Positions 26,318-39,900 of a DNA stretch of 64,000 nucleotides are shown one piece after another. Position 1 is the stretch's first letter. Every line of letters begins with the position of its first letter. The notes below the pieces were generated by a model that searched no databases, was not told where the DNA came from, and was given only the letters and a program-made list of their open reading frames with translations. Source of the DNA: Octopus vulgaris (Eukaryota); NCBI GenBank assembly GCA_951406725.2, contig OX597827.1, positions 37,758,001 through 37,822,000 of the forward strand. Direction: 5' to 3'. The position numbers and the translations under genes are program-made.

Positions 26318-26520
26318 TATAAAGAAAATTACATTGGCGAAACAAGTAATTCCCTCTGCCAACGTGCAAGAATCCACAGGCAACATATCCGACAAGAGGA
26401 ATTACGGAAGATCCCATTAAGTAAGCATCTGGAAATATGCAGCGACGGAAAATTCAAAATTTTTCCCTTTTATAAATGTGCACAGGGCGATCCGCAATAC
26501 CGAAAAATTCTCTCTAAAAT
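26318..26520 (+). mobile_element. Penelope GIY-YIG endonuclease fragment
   Basis: KENYIGETSNSLCQRARIHRQHIRQEELRKIPLSKHLEICSDGKFKIFPFYK. Confidence 0.8.
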
Positions 26521-26955
26521 TGAATGTTTGAAAGAAAAGCGGAGACAGTACATTTTGTATTCTAAATATAACACAAATATCGAAAACATAATGCTCATCT
26601 CTGTAAATATTCAGATGTATATGTGTGGCATTGAGATGTTCTGAGCTTTGCACGTTTTTCTAGTTTGTAAGCGTAATACTAATGTTCTCCAATGCAAAAA
26701 TATGAAATGGAAAGAAGCATGATTTTGTTTTTCAATGCAAAACATCGAAGTTACAGAGTATAAACATGGACATGTTCCCAAACACACACACACACACTCA
26801 CACACACACACACACTCACACACACACACACACACACACGCACTCACACACACACACTTCATCAAGGGATTCTCTCCAAAATTGAATGGTTGAAGGTAAA
26901 GCGGAGAATTTGCATTTTCTATTCCAAATGTGGCTCATCTCTACAAATGTTCGGG

Positions 26956-27056
<101 letters not shown>

Positions 27057-27135
27057 CATTGGGATGTTCTAGATTTTCGTGTGTGTGTGTGTGTGTGCGT
27101 GTGTGTGTGTGTGTGCGTATGTGTGTGTGTACATA

Positions 27136-29342
27136 CAGGGTGTCGCAAACTTAAGGCAACCAACTTTTTCAATTTTGCCAAAGCAAAATATTGATATATT
27201 TCGGGTCCGAGCGTTGCAACGCAATGGTAAAGAAAACATAATTATGCCACTACCGCATTTATTCGATACTAGCATTAAAGACCCGTCGTTGCCGGGTCAT
27301 AGTGCTAGTGCATGTATATATGTGTATATATATGTGTACATATTACATGTACATCTATATATATACATCTACACATAAAATACAAAATACAAAGTTATAT
27401 CTTGATATCGCTAGTGATAACAATACTCAAAATATATAACAGACTGGAATTGTTAGCCCGTCTCTTGTAATTTCGATCAATTGTATCTTGTCCTCCTTCT
27501 TGTATAGAAGTGTGGCTACAATCCAGCCTTCCAGCCTACCTCTGCTTCTGGAGGGGGGTCATTTAAAATTTTTTTCCGGCACGTCCTACGTCCCAGATAT
27601 AAAGGTAAAAATAAAATATTTCCACTTTGCAAGTTCGAGTCGAGTACTCCCTTGCACGCTCTGTTGACTCGAACCTTGCTTCTATTGTGGCGAATTTACC
27701 GCCTCTGATTAGATACCTTTCATAGTCGCACCAAGACACCTTTCGAAGGTGCTTTCCTCCATGTGTTCAAATCTTCTTTTTTCTCTACATTGTATACTTT
27801 ATAGACAATAGTCTTTTCTTTAATTTAATTTTTTATAATATCCATCTGGACTATTCCATTTCTGCACGTTAATTTTATTTTTAATTTATTCCCATTCGTG
27901 TGAAACCACTTATTCAAGTTCAAATCATTGATGTAATTTTATACCAATTGCTATTTTTACTTTTGTTATGTTACGATTATATTATACTTTAGTTTGATTT
28001 TAATTATTACTTACTACATATAATTCAATTGTTATTATTATTTTTATTGTTAAAGTGAAAGCATCTGACATAAAATAGAGAAACTTTTTGTTTCACTTTT
28101 AACACGTGATACTGAAATTGTGGAGGAGATATGATATTGCTATAGGCTCGCTCTAGACAAGAAGTTGAACATTTGTTTTGCCCATGAAACTACATGGACC
28201 CTAAGTAAGGCATGTGTAAAATTTGAATGGAATTGGTTGTGTAGTTCTCAAGTTTTAGGGAACTGTAGTGGAGAAGATATGATATTGCTGTGGGCTCGCC
28301 CTAGGCAAAAAGTTCAAAATTTGTTTTGCCGATGACACTCCCAGGACCCTAAGTAAGGCATGTATAAAATTTGAATGAAATTGGTTGTGTAGTTCTCAAG
28401 TTTTAGGGAAACACACAGACAGACAGACACACATTCTCAGTTTTATATATATAAAGATTACCGCCTCTGTTTCGAATCACAGCCTTAAATCTAGGTACGA
28501 ATGCTTTACACGCGGCACGCAGCTGTTCATGCGGAATCTAAGCTCATTGTAGCCACAGTTTTGCCTTCAAAGCGTCGAGCGAAGCATAAGGAGTGCTCGA
28601 GACCCTTGTCTCCAAAATGGACCAAACAGAAAAATCCAACGGGTTGAGATCAGGGCTTCTTGAGGGCCATGCATCCTTGCCTATGAACGACAGAATGTTT
28701 TTCTGAATTCAGTGTTGTGTCTGTTTGGAGCTGTGGGATGCTGCCGTGTTCACCTTGGAAGTGTTCATTTGTCCATGGAAGCAGTTCAGTTTCTAGAATG
28801 CCGCTAATGTATCGCCGAGTGTTTGTTTAACACCCGAGGGTACAAACCTGAGGGAAGACCTTCCAGCAGCTGTCACAGTCGCCCAAACCATAACTGAATT
28901 TGACGTCGATTTACGAGTCTGCGCTCGACGGAGCCAGTTACACTCCAAAGTCGGTCATTCTGGTGGTTTACTGTCTGTTCGATGTCAAATTTCTTTTCAT
29001 CAGTGAACACCAGGTGAGGCTGCATGCCTTCAGCAATCTGACGCAGGATAAGACTTCACTCCAGTCTCGTGGCCTTATAAACATGTGTGAGCTCTTGACG
29101 GCGGATCATTTTCGAGGGGGTGGGTCCTGAGATCCTCCTTCAGCACCCGATACATCGATATTCGGCTTATTTTAGTTATGGTAGGCAGTTTTCTGACGAA
29201 ACGACGAGAATTTCGCCGTATCTTTTCTCAGGTACTTTTGGTTTTAGTCGTTATATTGTCTTAGATGTTCATTTAGTCTCTCCGCAATTCTTTTAGATGT
29301 CTCACCTATGTATATTATGTTCTTGTCTTTACAAGCACCCTG
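27136..29342 (-). mobile_element. Tc1/mariner-superfamily DNA transposon (degenerate), interrupted by a Helitron
   Basis: Termini TA-cagggtg ... caccctg-TA; minus-strand WPSRSPDLNPLDFSVWSILETRV and C-terminal RFKAVIRNRGGNIE. Confidence 0.85.
27269..28457 (-). mobile_element. Non-autonomous Helitron
   Basis: Minus strand begins TC (28457), has (GTCT)n near the 5' end, a ~148 bp internal tandem duplication (~28118-28410), subterminal hairpin gacccg/cgggtc and CTAG end; inserted between A and T with no target duplication. Confidence 0.88.
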
Positions 29343-29350
29343 TATGAAAC

Positions 29351-29640
29351 TCATACTGTAGACTCCATTTCTAGTTCTACAGTTAATACCAGCGTTAATC
29401 TTACATACCATAAAGTTATCATTGGTGCACGTTGTATTCTCAAAAGGTATGTACTACATAGTTGTGATCTGATGGAGTTCCCTATCTTTTCAACAAACTT
29501 AATGTTGAGTTTGGTCTTCTTCAGAGTTATTCTAAATATACGGGCTAGTTCTCCATGGGCTGTGGCCTCTACAAACATCACTCCTTGAAATTTTTTCGGT
29601 CTTGCTGAATGGAAAATCACCTGAGGGTGGAGGGATACCT
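29351..29640 (-). mobile_element. Penelope-like element fragment (RT thumb to GIY-YIG linker)
   Basis: VMFVEATAHGELARIFR...NIKFVEKIGNSIRSQL followed, after a frameshift, by a Cys-rich linker and NCRTRNGVYSM. Confidence 0.65.
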
Positions 29641-29699
29641 GATAGTAGGCCACTGATACAAAAAGCTCACGTTCTACAGAGAAATTATCACGACCCTGC

Positions 29700-31820
29700 T
29701 TAAATAAAAAACAATGGACGCTGAGCTTGATACGCCAAACTGGCTGAAAGTTGCACGGCCGATTCTAATCTCCAAGAATAAAGAAACCCATGTGGCCAAA
29801 AACTATTGACCCATAGCATTCTTGAATGTTATGCACAAGCTGTACACAGGTTGTCTGAGCATGTTTCTCCAAGACCATGCCAAACAAATGGTGTAATAAT
29901 TGATGAACTGGCAGAAGGAGGGGAAATGAGTCTGGGGCTGTGCTGGACAGCTCCTCCTCAACAGTGCTGTTCTTAAAGAAACCAAACAACATCGCCGTAA
30001 TCTTTTAACAATGTGACTTGACTACAAAAAGGCTTTCGGCTTTGTACCTCACTTTACATGATAGAATCACTACACCTTGTCACCTGCTACAGTTCTGAAT
30101 GTCATTGAAAGACTGGCCACATAGTCGACACTGTTATCACTGACAACTACTAAAGCAACACCTATTGCTACAAACAGAATTAAGGTATCAACAAGCACAT
30201 TTTTGGGTACTAATTTATCTGTAATGCTGGTTGTACTGGCAGTGAACCCGCTGTCAGCCCTCTTAACAAAATACCATGGCCACATGCTGAGTGGAAAAGA
30301 ATAAAATTAATCACACATTCTTTGTTGATGACCTAAAGTTATATTCTGGTAACATTCTCGACATCAAGAGACAATCCAAACGTGTTACATTCTCAACGGG
30401 ACATAGGAATGGAGTGTAGGCGAGCTAAATGCTCATACATGATAGTCAACCGAAGAAAGATTGTCGACCAGATTGAGACGGGACATGTACATCAATAGCT
30501 TGTCTATCTCCCCTATCTCTAATGATGATAACTACAAATATCTCGGAATCGATGAAAATGTTGCATACGTTGGTGCTGTGACTGAAGCCAGAATAACGAA
30601 AGAGTACTTCTGTAGACTCCGGAAAATATGGAACACAGAGCTGTCTGCATTTAACAAGATGATATCTCACAATACTTTAGCAATGTTAGTGCTAGCACCA
30701 ACATTTGAGATATTGGATTTCACGCTCGACGAGATACGCAACTTGGACATCAAAGCCAGGAAGAAACTGATTACTACTGGCAAATTCCACATTAACAGCG
30801 ACACCAATAGGATCTATGTGAGACGAAGTGATGGTGGTTAAAGGCGTAAGGTTAGTCCAAGCAGCTTTTGAATGTCGCATACACTCCGACAACACGTGCT
30901 GAACATAAACAAAGGAGTACATACCATGTATACTCAAAAGTGAGAGCAACTACATCTTCAGAGTTGGAGAAGAACTACTGTGCAGGTACTCCGAGAATAC
31001 AACTGTCTCATACAACCCAAAGGAGGCTGAACTGACCTGCCTAAACAGAAACTTGAGAAGTGGACATCGTACCAACAAAAAGCAATGCATGGGTACATAA
31101 CCCGAACGCTAGAGTGAAGAGTAGTTTCTCTCGAACCTGTGATAGATATATTAAATGCCACCTAGAAAGATATCCTTCTGCGGTCCAGGAACAGGAGATG
31201 GCTACAAAATACCTGATAAACATGAGGAACAAAGATACCACCAAACCACTACGTAATGATAAAAAATGGCGGCTCTGCTATACCAATGTAGAAGATATCA
31301 CCCATATCATCAGTAGCTGCCCCCAAAATGTTCGCGAGATACGACCTGCCCCTTAGGTATGATATAGATGCAAAGACTATTTACAATGCTATCCGTAGAA
31401 AGGGCTGCCCTAACGTATACCTCCAAGGCATGTCAGAACCAGCATATTTCCCACCTTTAAAAACAATGAATAACGATGGAAAACTCCAATAAAAACAGAG
31501 GTAACATAACAGACCTGATATTGTTCTGTGGAAGAATGAAAGAAAGTTATGCACTGCTGAAGATATCAAGCTACCCAACGGATGTAAATGTACAATTAGA
31601 AGTTCGGGGAAAAGAGAACATTTATGGTGAATTAATGCGGAACTTACAGCTCTTGTACCCTGACTATAAATTCTCGCTTGTATCCATCAGCATTGGTGCA
31701 TTAGGTTATGTACCAACAAATTTACACAAAAATATAGAAATACTCGGATTTTCGATGAAAGAGAAAAGGAAACTGATGCGGATTCACCAAATCCAATATA
31801 TATTGGTGGCACAGTGAAGA
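29700..31820 (+). mobile_element. Degenerate RLE-clade (R4/Dong-like) LINE: RT, CCHC finger and RLE
   Basis: PIAFLNVMHKLYTGCL, LDYKKAF, FVDDLKLY, YKYLGIDE, RLCYTNVEDITHIISSCP, NRPDIVLW, SIGALG. Confidence 0.88.
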
Positions 31821-31860
31821 TTTATAAGATGCCTTAGGTGAATAGATGCACTCACTTGAA

Positions 31861-32090
31861 GGCGGCGAGCTGGCAGAATTGTTAGCACGCCGGGCGAACT
31901 GCCTAGCAGTATTTCGTCTGCCGCTACGTTCTGAGTTCAAATTCCGCCGAGGTCGACTTTGCCTTTCATCCTTTCGGGGTCGATAAATTAAGTACCAGTT
32001 ACGCACTGGGATCGATATAATCGACTTAATCCGTTTGTCTGTCCTTGTTTGTCCTCTCTGTGTTTGGCCCCTTGTGGGTAGTAAAGAAAT
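31861..32090 (+). mobile_element. Nin-domain SINE with ~18 bp target-site duplication
   Basis: Near-consensus copy flanked by aatagatgcactcacttg / aatagatgcacttacttg. Confidence 0.9.
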
Positions 32091-32249
32091 AGATGCACTT
32101 ACTTGGATGTGTGTATCAACAGCTCAACCAACACACCAACTCAACCAAATATTTACAAACACCGGGAACTCAAAAAATCTTGTCGTCTTAGTAGCGACTG
32201 GCTTGAATTCTCTTTAGAATTTAAATAAAACTCAATGAAAAGCACGCAC

Positions 32250-32402
32250 ATACATACACACACATACACACACACATACATACATACATACATACATACA
32301 TACATACATACATACATACATACATACATACATACATACATACATACATACATACATACATACATACATACATACATACATACATACATACATACATACA
32401 TG
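32250..32402. repeat. (CATA)n microsatellite
   Basis: Direct reading. Confidence 0.95.
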
Positions 32403-32662
32403 TCAGTTGTAAAAACCTCAGTATTGAGCGAAATTCAAAATAGACCGTCAACTTTTGATATAATAAACATATCTATTGCCTCTCTCTACTCAACTTGTTG
32501 AATTCTCTACCGGGTAATGTGTGATTATGTGTAAATGCAAATGAATGTGTGTAAATGCATATGAAGTTGTGTAAAGAAAGGTGTGGCGCTGACTACAGAA
32601 ATGAAATAACTTCGACACTTCCATTCCGAGAAATACTTTCATTTTCTTTATTTACTCAACAG

Positions 32663-32671
32663 TGTTTTCAG
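32663..32671 (+). other. Candidate 9-nt microexon
   Basis: ttttctttatttactcaacag | TGTTTTCAG | gtgagt: pyrimidine tract, acceptor and consensus donor. Confidence 0.25.
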
Positions 32672-32909
32672 GTGAGTAGTATTTCATAGTAATGTTATAT
32701 ATTCCATATGCTATTCAGAAGAAAATTATAAGAAAGTTTTTCATTTTATTTTATTTTATTTTCCTAGATATATATACAACGCAAAGCATGATCAGGTCTT
32801 AGAATCAATTTCTTAACTGGCGAGTGATTTTTGTCCTGCAGCAAAGTACTTCACTTCATTTTGCTCTAGTCTACTCAGCTGTAAATGAGTTCCAGCTGAG
32901 TACTACGGC

Positions 32910-32976
<67 letters not shown>

Positions 32977-33345
32977 TCTCTCTTCTTCCTGTTCTCCCTC
33001 TCTCGTCCTCTCTCATGATGTCATATTTTGGATATCCCGTTGGATCAATGGTGGGCAGGTCGAGAGGATGTCTCTGTATGTTCACAACTACAACACCATT
33101 ATTGGGAGCATCGTGCGTGTGACTGTGGACTGTTATACAATGGCTTTCAAACTGCCACTTAACAGACCACCTCACACGACCAAAAACACATTTTTGATTT
33201 TTTTTCTTTGCTTCTCTTTTGTAATGAGAAACCAAAAGAGCTTACATTCATATAATTTTTTCTTCACTATGGTGGTGTATAAGTTTAACGATTTTAAGAC
33301 AATCTAATTTTATTAAATATGGTAATTTCTTTGCTTTATTTTCAG

Positions 33346-33441
33346 TCCTCTCAGGCCCATTCAGACCATTTTGTGCTCTCTCTCTATGAGAAACTCTGTA
33401 GTAATCCATTCTATCAGGACTGGAAATCAATACTTTTCAAG
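33346..33441 (+). other. Candidate 96-nt internal exon of an unidentified transcript
   Basis: ttgctttattttcag acceptor and AAG|gtaagt donor; open in two frames (SSQAHSDHFVLSLYEKLCSNPFYQDWKSILFK); product not recognised. Confidence 0.4.
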
Positions 33442-34918
33442 GTAAGTAACCATATCACAGTAGATAAGGTACGTAATTTTGTTTTAACCAACAATACGCT
33501 GTGAGCTCATATAACTATTAATATACACAGTTGTACCTATCCAAACAAGTTTTGATTTTTTTTAAATATACCTTATGGATATAGAAGAGCCATTCGAAAG
33601 ATAAAAAAAGACATTGAGGAGAAGACTAATAAAGATGCGGCAAATAAATCTTGGAGAGGAAAAAATGAAGTATCACGATCACATTCACAAATGCCTTAGC
33701 TCATACCTGTACTAACTTCTCTTAACTTCTCTTAGCTTAGCGTCTCCTGTTTCTTTCCAACACTACACCTTACTCCCCACCTCCTTTCGCCTTCCCAACT
33801 TCTCCAACTGGCGGCGTTATCTTGTTGTCTCTCTGTACTTGAAAATAGAATAGTCGAAGAGATGACAACTTGAAAGTCCTTTGTGACTGAAAGCAATTGG
33901 TGTGCTAATGAAAACAAATTTGTGCGGAATACTCTAGGAGAAAATACCAGCTGGCAGTAATTAGAGGGCGCTAATGAAGTCACCTCAAGTTACTGGAATT
34001 CCAGTATTAATGATTTTATCTCGAACCAGCTCTGAATCACGTCAAAATACATAAAATTTCACCTGTTGTAGGATAAACTATGATCAGGACCAGGCTTCAA
34101 ACAGATATAGTGTATGAACACGAAGAGTTTAAAGTGTTGCGTATCACCTTCCGTCACCTGGACTATTGCCTAACACCAATCAAACAGCATCATTTACCCA
34201 AATTCTGATAACTAGATTTAGTTGTCGGAATGCTATATGATAAATCAAACTGTGAGTAGAGTAATCCTCTCTTGTGCCAAAGCAGTTGTTGGTTCTATGA
34301 ATGAGGAAATGAACCACATACTTGATAAAGAAGTAGTCACTTGCAAAAAAAACGTTGATTCCTATGAAGATAAAAATAATCAGTAGAATTATCCATTAGA
34401 ATGTCTAAACAGCTATAACTTGGCTAGAGTTCTACCTCGTTCTTTGAAATTGAAAAATAAATGAATGTGGTCTAATATTACAGCAAAATTTAAATACGTC
34501 TATTAAACCTTGCTATGAAACAAGATTTTCTGTGATGTACATTTAGTTGAACGCTTGAATTAAAACGAAGTTGTTACAGAAGGTGAACATTACAAGAAAA
34601 CATGATTTGGGGCCAAGAATTAAACTACGGCTTCACACCACTATACCCCTTACTATAAACGATTAAACACCTTCCAGGTGGAGTGGTTTTCATAATGACA
34701 GCCAATAACTCATGACATCAACCAATGAAGGCATATAACTTTGTTCTTTCCAACTAATCTATTTTCCCGTGAATATATTTATTTACATTTTGGTCAGTAA
34801 AGACGTCAAGTAGTGATGCAAGTAGAGTTACAATACCAAGGTCACAAACATGTTGATTCACTTAAGATTTTCCAAGTAAAAAAATTCTTCTTAAATTTTG
34901 TACCGTTCTGCATAATTC

Positions 34919-34920
34919 AG

Positions 34921-35002
<82 letters not shown>

Positions 35003-35019
35003 GTAGGTAGGTAGTTAGG

Positions 35020-35065
<46 letters not shown>

Positions 35066-35152
35066 CATACATACATACATACATACATACATACATACAT
35101 ACATACATACATACATACATACATACATACATACATACACACACACATGCAT

Positions 35153-35193
<41 letters not shown>
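34919..35193. repeat. (ATAG)n-(CATA)n-(CA)n compound microsatellite
   Basis: Direct reading. Confidence 0.95.
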
Positions 35194-35198
<5 letters not shown>

Positions 35199-35575
35199 GC
35201 ATGCAGCGAAACTTGAGTCTCGAAACAAACACCCAGCTTTAGTCTTAATTTTAAAAACTCTGTGTGCGTGTGTGTGTGTATACACACGCATACATGCATA
35301 CCCACATACACACATAAATATTAATAGGTGAATTCCTTATGCATATGTTATGGCTCTTATTCATTTTTAGCTATTTTTAAATCATCATCAAGAACAGCAA
35401 CATTTACAATGTAAAACAAGAACATACTCTCCTGTAACTAATTATGTAAGAATTCATAAACATACAATATCTAATGTCTAAAAATATCTGACACAGAAAT
35501 TTCATTATTTCTTAGAGGGCATGTATGTATGTGTGTATGTATGTATGTATGTATGTATGTATGTATGTATGTATG

Positions 35576-35606
<31 letters not shown>

Positions 35607-35663
35607 GCGTGCAAGCATGCATATATATATATGCATACATATATATACATATACACACACACT

Positions 35664-35714
<51 letters not shown>

Positions 35715-36607
35715 TACATGTGTGGGAAATTCTGTCAGTGGGAGTGTTTGTGAAGTTATTAGATAACTCTTTGTACATCGTTTTAGCGATTTTGATGAAC
35801 CTTGACACGTGAGAACTCATGTCTGGAAACCACATGCCATACTCAGATTGTTGAAAAAATTGATAATAGGGCCCCTGGAAGGGGTCCTTATATATTTTAT
35901 TTCAATATATTTCATTTCAACAGTCAAGGGAAATAACCCATTCACCCAGATTTTAACAGCCAACGGAAATATCCCATTCATTTTCCTAAATCATTTGATA
36001 TAAATCAATTTGAGTATGATTATTTCTTAGTATTTAAACTGTTAGAGTTATTTTTGTAATTTATCCAGTACAACCCTGAAACAAGTATCTTCCTAAACAA
36101 TAGATCCATTTATTTCGGTTAGTGACTTATTCATGAATATACCAACACTAGCGTCGCTGAGGGTAATATTCTCTGGGAACGCAGAAAAGCCTTTTCAGAG
36201 TTATTTACTTTGAATTGTTATTATCTCATATCTGATAATCCTGTTATTACGTAACATGCTTCACGATTTTAGTATACATACTTTATTAGTATTTCCTCCT
36301 AAGTTTTATATACTCTGGTAACGCATTAAAGCTCTTTTCGGGGGCTACATTATTTGAATTCTTACTATCGGGTAACTAATTTCATATTATTGCATAAGTG
36401 ACTTCACAATTTGGATATTCATAACTCATTAGGAATTCCTAAAAACAAGATCGTGTGTAAGACAGTTCTGTATTCTCTGTAAATGCACAAAAACCATTTT
36501 AAGGGCTACATACTTTGTATTGTTGTAACTGGATTAGCGAAACAATTATGAGAACGAAACCAAGGGATAACCCCGCTTTCCCGCGAATAACCGGGTACGT
36601 CAGCCTG

Positions 36608-36639
<32 letters not shown>

Positions 36640-36643
36640 GCAT

Positions 36644-36699
<56 letters not shown>

Positions 36700-36726
36700 G
36701 TATGTATGTATATACACATATATGTG

Positions 36727-36775
<49 letters not shown>

Positions 36776-36839
36776 TTTGTAGAAATACATGAATACGGAG
36801 GATAAGCACAATCTAAGATGTAGAGCAGTTAATATTATA

Positions 36840-37340
36840 GTGGGGTAGGCTGGTTTATGGGGTTATCCTGGGAATCTCTGCCGAAGATCGATGGGCAATG
36901 GCAAAGAAAGATAATCACCTAGGGTTTCACATCTAAAACTAGGCTATTCCTCCTCCATATTTTAAAGAGGTCTCAGGCGGTAGAAAGTTGACAAGAGCCT
37001 GTATGTGCGGGCTGCCACCCGGTGTAGAGGCCGAGTGGATAGAAGATACTATCCGTCGGAGCCGGGGTGGAAGAAAATAAAGAAGGTGGACAACAATGGT
37101 TGCCCACCGATAGATCCTGAGACGGTGCTTGGGGAGAGTCTTCCGGAGATGTCGGAGGAACTCCACCCTCCCGTCGTAAAAGGAAAAAAGAAGAGAAAAA
37201 AGAAAAACAGGGCATTGCCGGCGACGGCATGTTCCGAAACACCTTCGGTGGTTTGTGTGTCACCGAGCGAGAGAGTTGAGGCTCCGCCCAGTGAAAGTTG
37301 TGCAGAATATATGTTCTGCTATCTCAGGGGAGGGGCTATT
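36840..37340 (+). mobile_element. Probable L1/Tx1-type LINE ORF1 fragment
   Basis: GC-rich island; RKLTRACMCGLPPGVEAEWIE resembles an ORF1 RRM strand, followed by a basic low-complexity region KGKKKRKKK. Confidence 0.45.
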
Positions 37341-37467
37341 GTACATACATATCCATGCTTATGCATGTATGTATGTACATGTCTACGTGTGTGTATCGTT
37401 TGTGTGTGTGCGTGTATGTGTGTATGCGTGTGTGTGTGTGTATGCGTGTGTGTGTGTCTGTGTGTGT

Positions 37468-37522
<55 letters not shown>

Positions 37523-37529
37523 TGTGTCT

Positions 37530-37579
<50 letters not shown>

Positions 37580-37770
37580 ATCACCAACCCTTGCCAGAAC
37601 TCTAATACTTCTTCTTCTTTAACTAACTCCTAAGCTGAATTCTTCAGAAATTTGGTTACACTAAAAACATATTATTAACGTTCTCAAATCCTAAACGATA
37701 TCATAGTCTGGTGCAATTATGTAGCGTTTATACATGTGTGTGCGCGCGTGAGAGTGAATGTATGTGTATG

Positions 37771-37822
<52 letters not shown>

Positions 37823-38181
37823 TTATAAAATGAGATAGGGGTTGAAAATTCAACCCACCCTGGGATAACATATATCCAATATACTGCTAGATAGGTACCC
37901 AACAAGACTAATACATAGATGTTAAAAATTGCCAAACAATCAGTTCATCTATTGTATTATATGGGAAAAGGTAATAATATTACCGTAAATTAATACTACA
38001 AAATTAGAAAATGGAGAAACATACTTAAATCAATAAAACATCAACTATCAGATGATACCCAATCAATACTTTATTACACCATTACATATCAGTAAAGGCA
38101 TTATACAAAATATACAGTAAATGTAAATAGACAAGGAGATATAAGTATAAAATTTCAAATATAATATGTAATTAAATCATA

Positions 38182-38291
38182 TCTGACAGCTGTTTCGGCA
38201 GCAAGGGCAGTCATACCTCATTTAACCTATAAGCCATAAAGGCAGGTATAAATGAGGAATTAACAAGGATGCCCCACGGCATCTTCAGAGA
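38182..38291 (-). ncRNA. Hammerhead ribozyme motif with intact core and ~85 nt stem II, in an AT-rich Penelope-type repeat (~37820-38630)
   Basis: Minus strand: tct CTGAAGA [tgccgtggggca..cctcattta..acct.gcc/ggc..aggt.taaatgagg..tgcccttgctgcc] GAAA cagctg TC aga. Confidence 0.75.
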
Positions 38292-38627
38292 ATTAAATTT
38301 GTTATAATTGTGAAAAAATTATTTTTCCATATACATATAAATATAAAAATATCAAAAATGTTAAATATAAAAACTTATGCATAAACTTCATAATGCTACA
38401 CTTATATAATATAATACTCATTGGTACAATAATGCAAGGTAAACAAAACAAAATAAAACAAAATATATATCAGTGTATATATTAATATTAATAAGCACAG
38501 TTATTATACATATTTGGCTAATAGTTTTAAAAAACTAACACATAGGGAGATGAAAAATAATAATTAAAACCATGGTTCAGTTCATAAAATTATAAAGCTA
38601 TAAAAGTCAATAAAAATTACTATTAAT

Positions 38628-38685
<58 letters not shown>

Positions 38686-38702
38686 GATACAGTTATGTTT
38701 GC

Positions 38703-38752
38703 ACCAAGTCAATCCTATCAAGATCGTTCGATCTTGATAGGATGGACTTGGT
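38703..38752. repeat. Near-perfect hairpin, 24 bp arms
   Basis: accaagtcaatcctatcaagatcg-tt-cgatcttgataggatggacttggt between (AAT)n and (TA)n. Confidence 0.9.
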
Positions 38753-38756
38753 ATAA

Positions 38757-38815
<59 letters not shown>

Positions 38816-38819
38816 AGGA

Positions 38820-38871
<52 letters not shown>

Positions 38872-39029
38872 AAAAGAAAGAGAAATTAAGAGGTGGAGAG
38901 AAATAGAATAGTTTCGTTAAACTGCAGTATGTTTCATGCTTTCGTTCTTGTCAAAAGAATTTAAAAACAGAACCAGTTTTAAAATATTTAATTGACCTCT
39001 TTGGTCGCTGGTCCACTGTATTGTAGAGA

Positions 39030-39170
39030 GAGTAACTTATTCATCTCTGCTGTGCCCGGGCTGTTTCCAGAAGCAAGTGCCTAGCTCCAATTACACTGAT
39101 CACCTCTTCACTGAAGGGAAAACAGGTCAATGCGTTCGCAGCATCCATAGAGCCGCAAGGTATACCAGAT
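39030..39170 (-). mobile_element. Possible highly degraded LINE RT (domain 0) fragment
   Basis: FSEEVISVI ... ALASGNSPG across a frameshift resembles EEV..AI..L..GK.PG. Confidence 0.3.
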
Positions 39171-39679
39171 ATGGGTTAAGTATAACCGTACATATCTACC
39201 GTAGAGTACCATCTTTCACATTTTTTGTAGCAGTTTAGCGCTTAGCTTTTATAAACGCTCAATAAATTATCCTACAAAGCAGCAGGGAGATTTATTGATA
39301 TGATGGGCATGGTTTGTGCAGAGCCTTTCTCATTCTCCCGTTCTTCAAACTTGTATTGTTTTGGTGCAAGAAGTGCCACGAGCCCAGTAGTTATCAAGGT
39401 GTGGAATTTGTATGGAGTTACCTTCTCTTAGATGTACAGCTAAAGGCAACATCTGCCTGGAGCCTTTGAGGTGTCTGTAAGTGACCATCTTCCGATAAAG
39501 AACATATATATTAGTTGTACATAAGGAATTTACCCATGGAAAATTTAGGGTGTCAGAGAAAAAGTGAGAAATAGATTTTTGATAAGGAAGCTTTTCATCG
39601 ATGATATTCAGGTGGCAAAGGATTTTTTTTTATTTTTAAAAGTATAGATGTAAAGAATAAATAAAACAAAAGTAGAATT

Positions 39680-39900
39680 GGGAGGAGGAGGAGGAGGGGG
39701 AGGAGGAGGGGGAGGAGGAGGGGGAGGGAGAGGAGGAGGGGGAGGGGGAGGAGGAGGAGGAGGAATAAGAAGAAGAAGAACAAGAAGAGGAACAAGAAGA
39801 ACAAGAAGAACAAAAACAAAAAGAACAAGAAGAACAAGAAGAAGAATATTATGATTATGATGATATTCATCATCATCATCATCAGGAGCAGCAGCAGCAT
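39680..39900. repeat. (GGA)n/(AAG)n/(CAT)n low-complexity tract
   Basis: Direct reading. Confidence 0.9.

Noticed and set aside
36550-36608. Minus-strand CTGACGT..cccg/cggg..AAA hammerhead-like segment
   Set aside because: Core deviates and stems I and III cannot be formed convincingly.
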